From Balanoglossus misakiensis (lineage: Eukaryota; Animalia; Hemichordata): a DNA stretch of 64,000 bases. Below the pieces are notes generated by a model. It was not told where the DNA came from. It did no database searches and saw only the letters and a list, made by a program, of their open reading frames with translations. A program made the translations under genes and the position numbers. The stretch lies in contig CM082584.2 of the NCBI GenBank assembly GCA_040954595.2, forward strand, positions 9,257,061 through 9,321,060. Direction: 5' to 3'. This document shows, in pieces, positions 50,545-61,996 of this stretch (positions are counted from its first letter, which is position 1; each line of letters opens with the position of its first letter).

Positions 50545-51600
50545 CTAGTCTTTGTAGACGCAATTTTCCAAGAAATCTCTAATGGTCATGCCGATTTCTT
50601 TGGGAGAATCTTCTTGCAAAAAATGCAGCCCCTTGACTGTCTCAACGCGATGATTTGGCCAGTTTTCAGTAACTTTCTTAATGTGCGAACTGAAGAATCC
50701 TGGTTTGGCATGTATGTACAGTTTGGGAATGTCTTTGCTCTGCGATAGCCATGCGCAGTATGCATCTACTATTTCTATCACGTCTTGTGGTCCTTCCGTG
50801 CGCACGGGAATTTCTCTCGGCCAGGTGAGGGTTGGTCGCCGGTCCTCCCCCGCATCGAGGTACGGCCATCGATAGGCATTCATTTCATCTTCGGAGAGGT
50901 CTCGCATGATTGCTCCAGGAAGCAGTCGCTCGACGAACATATTCTTCTTCAGCACGATCTCTTCCCCGTCTTTGGAGCGCATCGACTGGAAGATGTTGCG
51001 AGCGATCTCGGGGAAGGCGTCCCAGGAGGGCATGACGCCTACCACGCCCTCCATGTGCACGATCGCCTTGACGCGTTTCTGGTGCTGGTGGCACCAGTGC
51101 AGACCCAGACCTGACCCCCAGTCGTGGCAAACAATGGTTATCTTCTCGGGCAAGCCGACATTTTCTATCCACGCCGACAGGTACCGGTAGTGATCGACGA
51201 ACCGATAGGAATGGTTCGGAAGCTTGGCGGATTTCCCCATCCCGATCAAGTCAGGCGCGAGGCACCTCGCCACGCCCTCAACGTGTGGGATGACGTCTCT
51301 CCAGAGGAAAGAGGACGTTGGATTTCCGTGGAGGAATACCACTGAATTTCGTTTGAACTCGATTTCTGGTGGGGCTGAGTCGTAGTAGTTCATCACCGAG
51401 TCCAGTACCTTGATTTGCCGACATTGTGAGAACCACGCGTCACCCGCGGCAGATGCAGTATTCCTTGCGGAAACTTGGGACAGTGTCGGAGATGCCCTTG
51501 TGCCCAAACTTTCCCCGTTCCCTTGGAGATGGGCCCTCAGAATCGACATTCGCTGCATACTTCGCCCTTTTCTTACAAACTGAGCTACCAGTCCAGCCAT
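50545..51600 (-). CDS. Renilla-luciferase-like / haloalkane dehalogenase alpha/beta hydrolase; intronless, 351 aa from the ATG at 51600
   Basis: Colinear with Renilla luciferase: VLDSVMNYYDS, FLHGNPTSSFLWR, RCLAPDLIGMGKS, nucleophile HDWG, acid HMEG, RRPTLTWPREIP, KPGFFS, base KGLHFLQEDSP. The longer ORF starting at 51750 probably runs into the promoter. Confidence 0.95.
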   Translation of the reverse strand: MAGLVAQFVRKGRSMQRMSILRAHLQGNGESLGTRASPTLSQVSARNTASAAGDAWFSQCRQIKVLDSVMNYYDSAPPEIEFKRNSVVFLHGNPTSSFLWRDVIPHVEGVARCLAPDLIGMGKSAKLPNHSYRFVDHYRYLSAWIENVGLPEKITIVCHDWGSGLGLHWCHQHQKRVKAIVHMEGVVGVMPSWDAFPEIARNIFQSMRSKDGEEIVLKKNMFVERLLPGAIMRDLSEDEMNAYRWPYLDAGEDRRPTLTWPREIPVRTEGPQDVIEIVDAYCAWLSQSKDIPKLYIHAKPGFFSSHIKKVTENWPNHRVETVKGLHFLQEDSPKEIGMTIRDFLENCVYKD

Positions 51601-52763
51601 GTTGATAAATAGGGTCAAAGGTCGCTCAACACGTGACGATCGAAAAGTGCGTTGTCCCTGCTCCATACTCACGTGATCACTATGACAGCGATCACGTACC
51701 CGAACAGAAGAACATCGGGAAATGATACAAGGCAATCGGTCTGCAGTCATGACATCATGGACATCATACGTTAGATTCTTCAGTAATTTATAGTCAATTT
51801 ATTTCATTGAACAACCCTTAACCCAATACGCGCGCGTATGACTGCTGGCAAGGTGGCTCCTGGCCAAGCAGCCATGTTTTTCTGATTTTTCAGAGCCTCT
51901 AATATTTGTCTTAAAACGTATAAGAACAATGTGCTGAACACATGCATGTTAATTTGTTTTAGTCTATGACCATTTCCCAGGTATTAAGATGTAAGCAAAT
52001 GGATTTGTGATCATGTGGAAATGCAGCTTACACTGTGACCAGTAAATATGATTCCATAATGGACTACAAAGTATTAAAAAGTTGATGTTTTATTTAATCT
52101 TCTATCATTCTCTTATCATGAACTTGAACATGTTACTGGTGTTGTGCTGGATGCAAATCTTCAGGCTGTATCACCACTTTCCACTTGATACTTTTATCCA
52201 TCCATAATCTCCATGGTTTTTCCCCAATGGTCTGTCCATAGTTGGCCCTTGTCTTGATTTTGTTTTCGACTTCTAGCTGTAAACTCAAGGTTCCAAACTA
52301 AGTTGGACCCCCACACATGTAAACAGGGGTGTGAGGCTTACACAAGTTGTGGCTGCAGTTTGCATACACTGTTACTGTAGGTAAAATGTGAACCTTTCCT
52401 GAAGTTTTCTGTGTTTGTCTTGACATTCTTGGGGAGAAGCCAACACCAATCATCACTGAATCCTGTTCGCATATGACATGTGACTTCAGTCAACTGGCGG
52501 ATGTTTAAAAAAAAGGACTCAGGAAACACAAACTCTTTAAAAACATAGAAACAGGGCCACCAAACATGTAGCACTTGAAATGGCATTGGTTTTTTTAACC
52601 GGAGCTCAGCAGTGGTACTTCTCAAGGATAAAAACGGCGCAATGGATGTCCACCAGAGAAAACGTATATGAATAGTCACACACACTGACCAACTGGTTCA
52701 CTGTGGAGCGTGTAACTATTTACATAACTTAATTAATAAAGAAAATTGAGGCAGTCACATCCT

Positions 52764-55282
52764 CTACTTGAGAGGTGCCAGTCCAAGCTTTGCCCTGAGA
52801 GCATTGGCTTCAGCAATCTCAGTGTCTTCATTTGTGGCATGTCTGCTTTCACGGTGTTCTCGGTCCCTGTCTCTCTCCCTCTTCTTCTTCTTGTGTCTTC
52901 GTGGCCTGCAATGAAAACAAAAAGGAAACATCCAAAATGAAATCACCACCTTCTTACACCTCCCAAACATTTTGATTTCATCAAGATTCTGATTTGTGCA
53001 AGGTTTCACTAGCAACAGGTCCACTGAAATTAATGATCCCCTCCTCCCCCAGCAGCAACATGGTTCAGCCCTATTGTTATCAATGGCAAGGGCAGACTAC
53101 ATAATGCAGGAATGGGGGTGAAGGGGCTGAAGAAGTTCACATGCACTTACTTATCATCAGGTGACGGTGAATGATGGTGTCTGCTGCTGCGATGATGGCG
53201 ACTGTCATCCCTGTGTCTGTGACCTCCTGTTAGACAGAAAATATTGACTCGAAATTCAGAGAGTACTTTTCAAAATTTTGGAAACACTTGATATGTATTA
53301 CCAAAGTACATGCAGTACTGTTATCTCACCACTCAGAGAATGAAAATTATGAGATTTGTACATATTGTAAATATTAAAGTATTGACATCATGCAATTTTA
53401 TAATTACCTGGTGATCTGTGCCTTCTGTCTCTGTCCCTTGACCGTGATCGACTTCTTCGCCGTCTTGGACTGCGACTTCTGCTTCGTCGTCGATAGCTAT
53501 CTCGTCTTGGAGACGGTGATCGACTTCTCCGCCTGTGTGGTGACCTGCTCCTACTTCTTCTATACCTGGGCGAGGGACTTCTTTTTGGTTTGTCAAGGTC
53601 TCTGTAGCTGTGGCGATGGTCCGGTGAAGGGACACGATTTGCCTCCTGGGAAAACAGGTTTCAAGAATATTAGTTAATACATGCGGCAATCTCCGGAAAC
53701 CAAGTGGAATGTATTAAAGAATAACATTTTGGACATTTTGTTTATATTCACCTCCATGTCAAGTTCATCTTCACTTTCTTCAATGTCATCTAGATCTTCT
53801 TCCAAAGCACTAACCTGAAACAGTTTGAAAGAGAAAAAATCTGTTCATGTTGTTCATGAATATTTCACTTCAGATGAACAGTATTTCAAGTTGTACATTA
53901 GGAAAAGGGCCAAGACGATGTTTTGTACTGATTAGCCAATAGAATTTCTCATTTTCCAGTGTGAGTGGCTGACCTCATAGGCAATCATGTGACCTTACCC
54001 TTTGCTCCAATTGGTTGGATTCTTCCATGACTTGTCTCTTCTGTAGTCTGGGTAAAATGACATCACAAGCTCTCTCTTCTCTCAGCAGCGCATCAATGAA
54101 CTCATCAACATGGCTCAATTCGAACACTGTGTATGATACAAGTGTTATGTGTGTAAATATCACTGAGACTTGTATTTTGACTGAAACTATCACCACCGTC
54201 GCCATTACATTGAATGTTGTAGAGTTAGACCTAGATGCATAAATATACGGGTGTAGTATTTAAAAAGGTGTAGACTAGATTTGAAAGTCTCTCTTTTACT
54301 CACCTCCAGATGAATTTTGCAACTTGATTTTTCTGTAGTCATTGTACAGGGGCTCCAGATACTTGTAACAGTCTAGTGAGCTTCCAACTAGTCGCATGTA
54401 AAAGGCTCCAAGGCACCTGACATATCTGAAAGTAAATAGCGCTTCAACTTAATTTTGGAAAAGTGTGATTTTCTTCTGTTACGTTTCATACACTCCAGTC
54501 TCCTACTCTGGTGCATAAGTTCAATTCGCATCACACATTCACTTTCGATGCCTTAATTTGAAAGCAAATAACATTTTGCAGGAGGGCAACACCCAGCATA
54601 CATGGTTTGCTACTCACTTGAAATCTTCATTCCTGATAAACTCTACGATGATATCTTTCTCCGGTTGGATTTGAAGCATCTTGAGTACAAGACACAGGAA
54701 TGGAGATGGTTTCACATTTCCCCCGTACACTCCTCCCACAAACTTTAGTTCCATTGCTTTGTCCACTAGGAGCTCGGCTGAAAGTGAATAGTACAAAAAT
54801 TACTACATTGTACATAGAACAGAAGTCATTGGAGCTGTAGTACTCACATACATGTAGTACTCCCATTCACTCACTGACTCAGGTACATACAATCCTGGGA
54901 TTTAGAAGGAAGTCTATAAATTCTACGAGTTTTGTTTAGAACATTGTTGCACTTCATTACTTGGAGTATATGCCTACAATTTTTGGACAGTAGGGTTTAC
55001 CACACACTGGTACGTAATGTACATCAATCATCATACATGTACATGTGGTTGTAAAGGCGACTTCCGGTTCCGTGGTTTCCATTTAGACTGCAGCAGACAG
55101 TGTCCATACACGAAACATAGCAAATAGCTAAGGGATCTCCTTGAATACTCACCAGATAAAGCGAAACATTCTTCCTTCCAATATCGACACTCGTAAATAC
55201 GTGACCTGGTGATTTTTTCGATCAAATATTGCGGGTTTGTGCCTTTCACGCTGTGAGCGTCTTTCACAGTGCGATTCGCCAT
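52764..55282 (-). CDS. PRPF38A: Pre-mRNA splicing factor 38A; multi-exon
   Basis: MANRTVKDAHSVKGTNPQYLIEKITRSRIYECRYWKEECFALS, GGVYGGNVKPSPFLCLVLKMLQIQPEKDII, HVDEFIDALLREERACDVILPRL, an RS-rich exon at ~53408-53646, and C-terminus EIAEANALRAKLGLAPLK. Approximate exons: 55282-55153, 54777-54618, 54426-54304, 54127-53999, 53814-53752, 53646-53408, 53227-53151, 52905-52764. Confidence 0.96.
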
Positions 55283-55553
55283 TTTGAAACTCCCCGGATG
55301 TGTTAACTTTGACCTTACGGCCGGTAGTAGTGCGAGTGTCAACAGAACTTCAACGAAACCTGGCCTCAAATAACGCCGAAATCACCATCAGGACATTCAT
55401 CCGCATTAAAGTCCCGATTATTTCGGTACCGGCTACGCAATTACTTTGCGTACTCTTCGAAGAAATAACATAGAAAAGTTTCGCGGGTTCTGTCACGTGG
55501 GGGGAATCCCCATCCCACAATGCAATGTTCCAACCTGGACTCACAGAAGTTTA

Positions 55554-55999
55554 TAGTCTCGGTTACCCAGACGCCTTTGCTTCTTCCGATGCTCTGCAGA
55601 AAAGGGTCTGGGGAAATGCTATTGAAAGCTTTGTAAAACAAAATGGCCGATGTCAGGATTTTGATCATCGCCTGATTGGCTGAGCTGTCAGTATGACCCG
55701 GGTCACTGACTCTCGACAATGTGTGATTATTTGTCGTATCTTCATATCAAGAGACCGGTACTTGTTGGTTGATGCGAAAGGCAAAATGCGTCCTCTGTTA
55801 GCATTGTTGGAGAAATTATATGAAATATCTTTGGTAGACGATTGTCGAAACTATTGCAGTGACCCGGGTCATACTGACAGCTCAGCCAATCAGGCGATGA
55901 TCAAAATCCTGACATCGGCCATTTTGTTTTACAAAGCTTTCCCCAGACCCTTTTCTGGAGAGCATCGGAAGAGCAAAGGCGTCTGGGTAACCGAGACTA
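55554..55999. mobile_element. Non-autonomous foldback DNA transposon (446 bp, ~150-bp TIRs, TAG...CTA termini, 9-bp TSD AGAAGTTTA) in the PRPF38A/ORC1 promoter
   Basis: Arms 55554-55708 and 55857-55999 are reverse complements apart from one 11-bp indel, one 1-bp indel and one substitution. AGAAGTTTA occurs at 55545-55553 and 56000-56008. Confidence 0.9.
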
Positions 56000-56086
56000 A
56001 GAAGTTTATTGAACTGGAAGTGCATGCACCCGGCGTATTCAAATAGTTGAACAGTCGAGTCCTCGATCGATACCAAATTAATCATA

Positions 56087-59000
56087 ATGACGCTGAAACA
56101 CAATTACTTTCGAAGGGAGGAGACATTTACCGCAGAATGGGTGGGTGAGGGAAAACCTTCGAAAGACAGAAGGAAGAGCAGCATTCATTATGAGTAAGTG
56201 ACTTTGATGGACATATGTCATTGTCAGCTTCATCATTGAAATGAAACAACATGACTAAAAGTGTATACTACATCCACAGCCATGATGAAACTGAAATATA
56301 ACTTTCCTGCACGTCCAGTTTAGTGTAGTGTAGTGTAGTGTTGTGTAGTGTAGTGTAGTGATGAGTGAACTTTGAAGGGTAAACATTCATCTCATGATCA
56401 CATCAATTCAGCTTTGATTGATGCAGTTGCAATATTACACATTCATACGTCCCATTGTGAATATTACAGCATTATTTATTTTTCCTTCAGGTCATTTTAT
56501 TTGAAGGGTAGCAGTGGAAGCAAAGTGCACATCCACCGAAACGATTATGTTTGCATAGATAATTCCCTTGGCGTTGACGCATCCTGGCAAGACAATAGTT
56601 TTATTGCAAGAATCGACGATCTATATGATACAGGTATAATCCATTCCATATGTTCAAACTGTCACTTTCGTTCACATTGCGTAATAGACACACATTCAAT
56701 GATTCATTCTTGGAATACGATGATTAAGTCTGAAAAATAACCTTGGAATGTTTTCAACAACTACACACACAGGAGAAGACATCGACAGCAAGAGAGCTTC
56801 GTTGCAGTGGTATATGAGGAATGATGAGCTTCCCAAATCCAAGCAGAAAAAGCAGCATGACCACAGAGAGATCTTTTCATACACAAGGAGGCTGAGATTG
56901 GAAGACAGGGAGATAGACATTGAAACCATCAGATGCAAGTGTAAGGTGAGTCAGTTCCAATGGTATCCATTTCTTCCCACTTATTTCACTCTGGCTTTGC
57001 CGGGTGATAATTCCATGCAGTAACAAATTTCATGGTGGTTGTATCTTGCAGGTCATTCACATTCCCGAGACGTGTCTTTTACCGGACATCATTTCGGACA
57101 ACGGCGTCAATACTTATTACGTCAGGAAGGCCTTTAACGGAGAAAGATTCCTGCCCGTGGAGAAGCAACTGATCGACCGGAGATTCGCTCACCCGTCTCC
57201 GTCAGACTCTGCCAAGAAGGGAAACTACAACACAAGGACTAGAACACCAGGGAGAACCCCAGCCAAGGCGTCTGTGAAGAAACTGGCGAGGCCGAAAAAT
57301 GAAATTGACCAGAGGGAAAAACATCCAGTGAAAGAAACCTCGAAAGTGAAGATTGGAAAGACAGAAGAAAAAACTGCAAAGTCTCCAGGTTAAAATTATG
57401 AGTTATTATTATATATGAATGTCATTGATGCTATAAAAGAATGTATGCCATGTAAACGACTTTCTCGTTAGTTGGATTTCATGGAAAGTACTACCTTACA
57501 TACATGTACATATATTTTCCACTTCAACATAGAGGAACATGCACTACTGTAAGATAAAATGAAACATGGTGTAACATTTTCCCCCTTTGATTATGTCACA
57601 CAGGGGAGTTTACATCTCCAAACAGAAGAGGACTTATTAGAGATAAATTTGTGCTGGATTTTCTACAAAACGACAGTGATGACGAGGATGCATTTGAAGA
57701 TGATGACAGCGCGTCAGACAGGACATCAGTGTACAGTGGCGAGTCTGTGGACTTGGCCGTCAGTGTGAAGAAGAAGGGGAAACTGGCCAAACGGAAAGCT
57801 AGTAAGAGTGAGGTAGGGGACCTGTCTGTCAAACCCAAAAAGCAACGTGTTGGCGTATCCGTGCTAAGTACAACACCGTCTGTGAAGCTGGTAGACAGGA
57901 AAGAATTGAGGTGTCCGTCGACGGCTCCGGCCAAGAAGTCTTCAGTTTCGGTGGAGAAGGGGGCACAGTCGGAGCAGAAGCAGCAACACAGGAGGAAATC
58001 AGACACCAGATTATCCAGGAAATCTCTGAGTTTTGACAGCAAATTGCCAAGATCAAACGGAGTGGCTGTCTGTCTGGAGTCGTTGTCGGTGAAAGTTCGG
58101 CATGATGATGCAAAGACTCCTCAGAAAAGACCCCTTAGCTCAAGCAAAATGAGTGGGACCAGACCCCCTAACGCAAGCAAAATGAGCGGGACCAGAATGA
58201 CGCCAGCCAGAACAGCCAAGAAGAGAGTAAGCGTGAGAGTGGATGAGGACAGTTTTGATGACAGTGAAGTTGATGAAGATTATCGTCCGAAGAAGGAAGA
58301 GGAAAGTAGCGATGATGACAATGATGATGACGATTTCCTGGTGGAGGTTCAAACTCCTCGATCGAAGAGAAGGGCCTCAGTGAACACTCCACGCAGTAGA
58401 GGAAGACCCAGGAAAGAGGTGAGGGGGAGTGTATTTTGTCGAGGGCTTACTTTTGATAGCTGGTTGAGATACAGTGTCACATCATTGAAAATTGCTTATT
58501 GAATAATTGTCTAACTCTATGACAATTGTACAATTCATAGTAATCATGATCACCAAAAGGATCTTACATGTATTGTGCCATTTTCTTGTGAAACCAACAC
58601 AGCAGAGCACTGCCCAGACTCCAAGAAACCAGACCAGGAAGACGCCACGGAAGGCGACGATGACACCAAGCATTCCACACAGACACAAACCATGCCTGTT
58701 GCCCAAGAGTCCACTGGAAGCTGCCAGGGCCAAGCTCCACGTATCGGCCGTGCCGGACACTCTTCCGTGCCGGGAGGACGAGTTTGCCGACATCTATGGA
58801 TTTGTGGAGAGTAAGGTCTTGGATGGAACTGGTGGGTAAGTTCATTTGGAAATCCTGGCGTAAATTGGATGGAGAGAATTATGACTCAGACTGTTATTAC
58901 TAGTATGAATTTGATTAAAAATTGTGTGTGCAGATCTATTTGCATATATATATTTTTCTTCATAGATGCATGTATATATCTGGGGTGCCAGGCACTGGTA

Positions 59001-61163
59001 AGACAGCTACAGTTCGTGAGGTGATGAGGTCATTGACCAAGGAAAGAGACTGCGGAGAGTTGCCGAACTTCAACTTCATTGAAATCAACGGCATGAAACT
59101 GACAGACCCTCATCAAGCCTTTGTGCAGATACACAAGGTAATAATGATAAGAATGACAGTTTTGGTAGAGAGCATCTTTTTGTCACAGTGAATTTCAGCA
59201 GATACTACCGGGTATATAAAAATAATAAATCATATCATGACTTTTCGAAGTCAATTGGAAGACATGGAAAAGATTGATGGTGATAAAAATGTTCCGTTTC
59301 TTATGATAACGGATTGCTTCTTGTTCAAACTTCCCGTAGCAACTGTCCGGGCAGAAAGCAACTCCTGAACACGCGAGTAACTTACTGGAGAAAAGATTTA
59401 ACACACCGGCACCGAGACGGGATACAGTGGTATTACTGGTTGATGAGGTAAAATAAATTTCCTTCAAATAATTGCTAGCCTCTCCGGTCCCCATTGCAAT
59501 GATAGATGGAGATGCGAAATACGCAGATGGCAATAAAATGCTGGTACATGTAAGACCGTCCCAGTGTCAAACAAGATTTACAATATAAGTAACTCCTTGT
59601 AACTGGAAGTACTTGTTTGTGTGTTGCAGCTGGATTTACTGTGGACGAGGAAGCAGGATGTGATGTACAACATATTCGACTGGCCAACCAGACCGCATGC
59701 CAAGCTGGTTGTCCTGGCCATTGCCAACACCATGGACTTGCCTGAAAGAATTATGATGAACAGGGTGTCCAGCAGGCTGGTAAGTCAAGCACCCCTATGT
59801 ACTGTTGATTTTGGAATAGCCCTTTTGTCGGCTATGCATATTATAATGGGTTTTCAGTAGGTATACCAGTACTACTCAAAGCTTAACTTTTTCATTGTTT
59901 TTGCCTTTTAGGGCCTGACAAGAATGACATTCCAACCCTATACGTACAACCAGCTCCAAGCCATAGTGCTGTCCAGATTACAGGACATTGATGCGTTCGA
60001 TGACGACGCTGTTCTCTTTGCCGCCAGAAAGGCTAGTACAAAGTGACATTGGTTCATAGAATGATAAGTCTGATTGTTGTCTTGTGATTTGGCGTCAAAA
60101 TCTGCAGGATCTGTTGCATGGACGGGTGATCAGGGATATGAAATTTTAACTCCATTTTTCTGTAGGTGGCTGCTGTCTCTGGTGACGCACGACGCGCCCT
60201 GGACATCTGCAGACGAGCCACTGAGATAGCTGAGCAGTCGCAGCGAAACTCCAAAGTGCCGGGTCTCGTCGATATCATCCATGTAGAAACTGCCATCCAG
60301 GAAATGTTTTCATCTCCCAAAATAGTCGCCATGAGGTAAGAATCGTGATTCTCGACGAAGTGAAAATGCAAATTCAGGAAACATGACCATGCCTGGGTGA
60401 GAGCCAGATTGTACAAATTTTCTCCTGGTTTCCAAAATTTTTGTAATATTAAAATACATGTATATTATTCTTCAGGATTTATTCCGTTCTCAAATGATAA
60501 GAGTCACTCATATATGTTAATCCATGTTATAGGGAATCGTCGCTTCAAGAACAGTTGTTCCTGAAAGCCATCGTGTCAGAATTTCGTCAGAGTGGATTAG
60601 AGGAAGCGCCCTTTTCAAAGGTATGGTGATGTCAAACTCTTTAATGACCTAGCAGTGCCTTGCATGTTCAGTTAAAACTGCTTTCTTTGAAAGTACACAG
60701 TATTAGACTGTTACTCAAATACGTTGTACTAGACATAATAGATCTTTTAGCTAATTTACATTCTTTTTCTGTGTCAGGTTTTGAAACAGCATGCGACTCA
60801 CTGCAGACTTGATGGTAAGAAACTGTCTGTCTATTTGGTTAATGTGATGCAAGAAAAAATAGAATTACAAAGATGACAAAATCCAAAATGGCCGCCTACC
60901 TCTGTGTAGTCTATGGGGCAACACGTCATTTTGTGATTTTAATAAAATCAAGACTGTAAAATACCACAAATATTTCATTTTCTGTTCCTTTCCCACCCAC
61001 AGGTATCAGACCACCAACTACCACAGAAGTCGCTTCAGTGTGTGCCAGGTTAGGCAGCAGCAAATTAATCCTCATTGAAAGTGGACGCAATGACATGCAC
61101 CAGAGGATACGACTCAACGTCAGCCAGGATGACGTCATGTATGCCCTCAAAACCAAGCAATAA
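56087..61163 (+). CDS. ORC1: Origin recognition complex subunit 1 (BAH, disordered linker, AAA+, winged helix); multi-exon
   Basis: Starts [24 protein letters not shown]-like [10 protein letters not shown]...LQWY...[28 protein letters not shown], Walker [12 protein letters not shown], Walker [51 protein letters not shown], and C-terminus [22 protein letters not shown]. Confidence 0.97.
56320..56360. repeat. (TAGTG)n pentanucleotide microsatellite in ORC1 intron 1
   Basis: tagtgtagtgtagtgtagtg ttgtg tagtgtagtgtagtg. Confidence 0.85.
60032..60165 (+). other. GC-AG intron in ORC1
   Basis: AAG|GCTAGT...TGTAG|GTG is the junction that gives the conserved in-frame [15 protein letters not shown]. 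Confidence 0.75.
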
Positions 61164-61208
61164 TACATCGTGTTGAAATCACATGCATCACCAATGTGAT
61201 CATGTTTT

Positions 61209-61996
61209 AGGCTGCATTCACAAACACCTCTGGAGGGGGGGGCGGGAGAATTCAAATTTTTTTACCGCTAATTTTCACATGCCCCCCTTCCGAACTGCCA
61301 ATATTTTCAAATCCCCCCCTTCCGAACTGCCAAAATTTTGAAATCCCCCCCCCCATTTTCTTTCACTGAGCAAAACACATCACCTATCTATCTTGTAAAA
61401 AGAAAAACAGCGCTCCCATGAAAAGAATTTGAAACTGATGTTTTCCCTCATCAGTGGGTATTAAAACTGAACATTGTTTTTATTTTTTAAGTACATATAT
61501 TTGTATTCTGTGTTGGGAGACATTGTAAACTGAGAATTGAAGGGGGTGGGTTTGGGAGGGGGTGTCCCCCTCCCACGTAAGAAAATTTTCTAAAATACAG
61601 AGCTCAAAGCTGCATTTTAATGAACCCGGCAAAAGCAAATTAACTCAACTACCGGTATGTTGGGGAGGACAAATTTAACCGTCGCTGCTCAAAGTTATCA
61701 TGGGGTGGGGGCAAGTCCCCTGACCTGGGATACTAGATAAACCAGTCAATGATTGAAAGGTGTTGATGAATGGAGGGGGTGTCCCCCTCCCACATTAGAA
61801 AATTTTGTAAAATAAAGGGCGCGAAACTGCATTTTTGTGGACTCAAAATAAATATTTAGTCGTTAAAGTTTTCAAGTCCCCCCCTTTCAGTCCCTAAATT
61901 ATTTCAAATCCCCCCCCTTACATACCCTCAATTTTTTCAAATCCCCCCCCTCAATTCTCCCGCCCCCCCCTCCAGAGGTGTTTGTGAATGCAGCCT
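61209..61996. mobile_element. MITE (~790 bp) with perfect 44-bp TIRs just downstream of the ORC1 stop
   Basis: AGGCTGCATTCACAAACACCTCTGGAGGGGGGGGCGGGAGAATT at 61209-61252, with its exact reverse complement at 61953-61996. Internal subrepeats (TTTTCAAATCCCCCCC; GGGGGGTGTCCCCCTCCCAC). AT-rich flanks, TSD ambiguous. Confidence 0.9.

Noticed and set aside
51601-51750. Extra 50-aa N-terminal extension of the RLuc-like ORF from the ATG at 51750
   Set aside because: It overlaps promoter-like motifs (E-boxes, DR1), and the ATG at 51600 has a strong context (AACATGG). Probably untranslated, though not excluded.
55441-56046. Two opposite-strand ORFs sharing SDPGHTDSSANQAMIKILTSAILFYKAF
   Set aside because: They are translations of the two transposon TIR arms, not duplicated genes.
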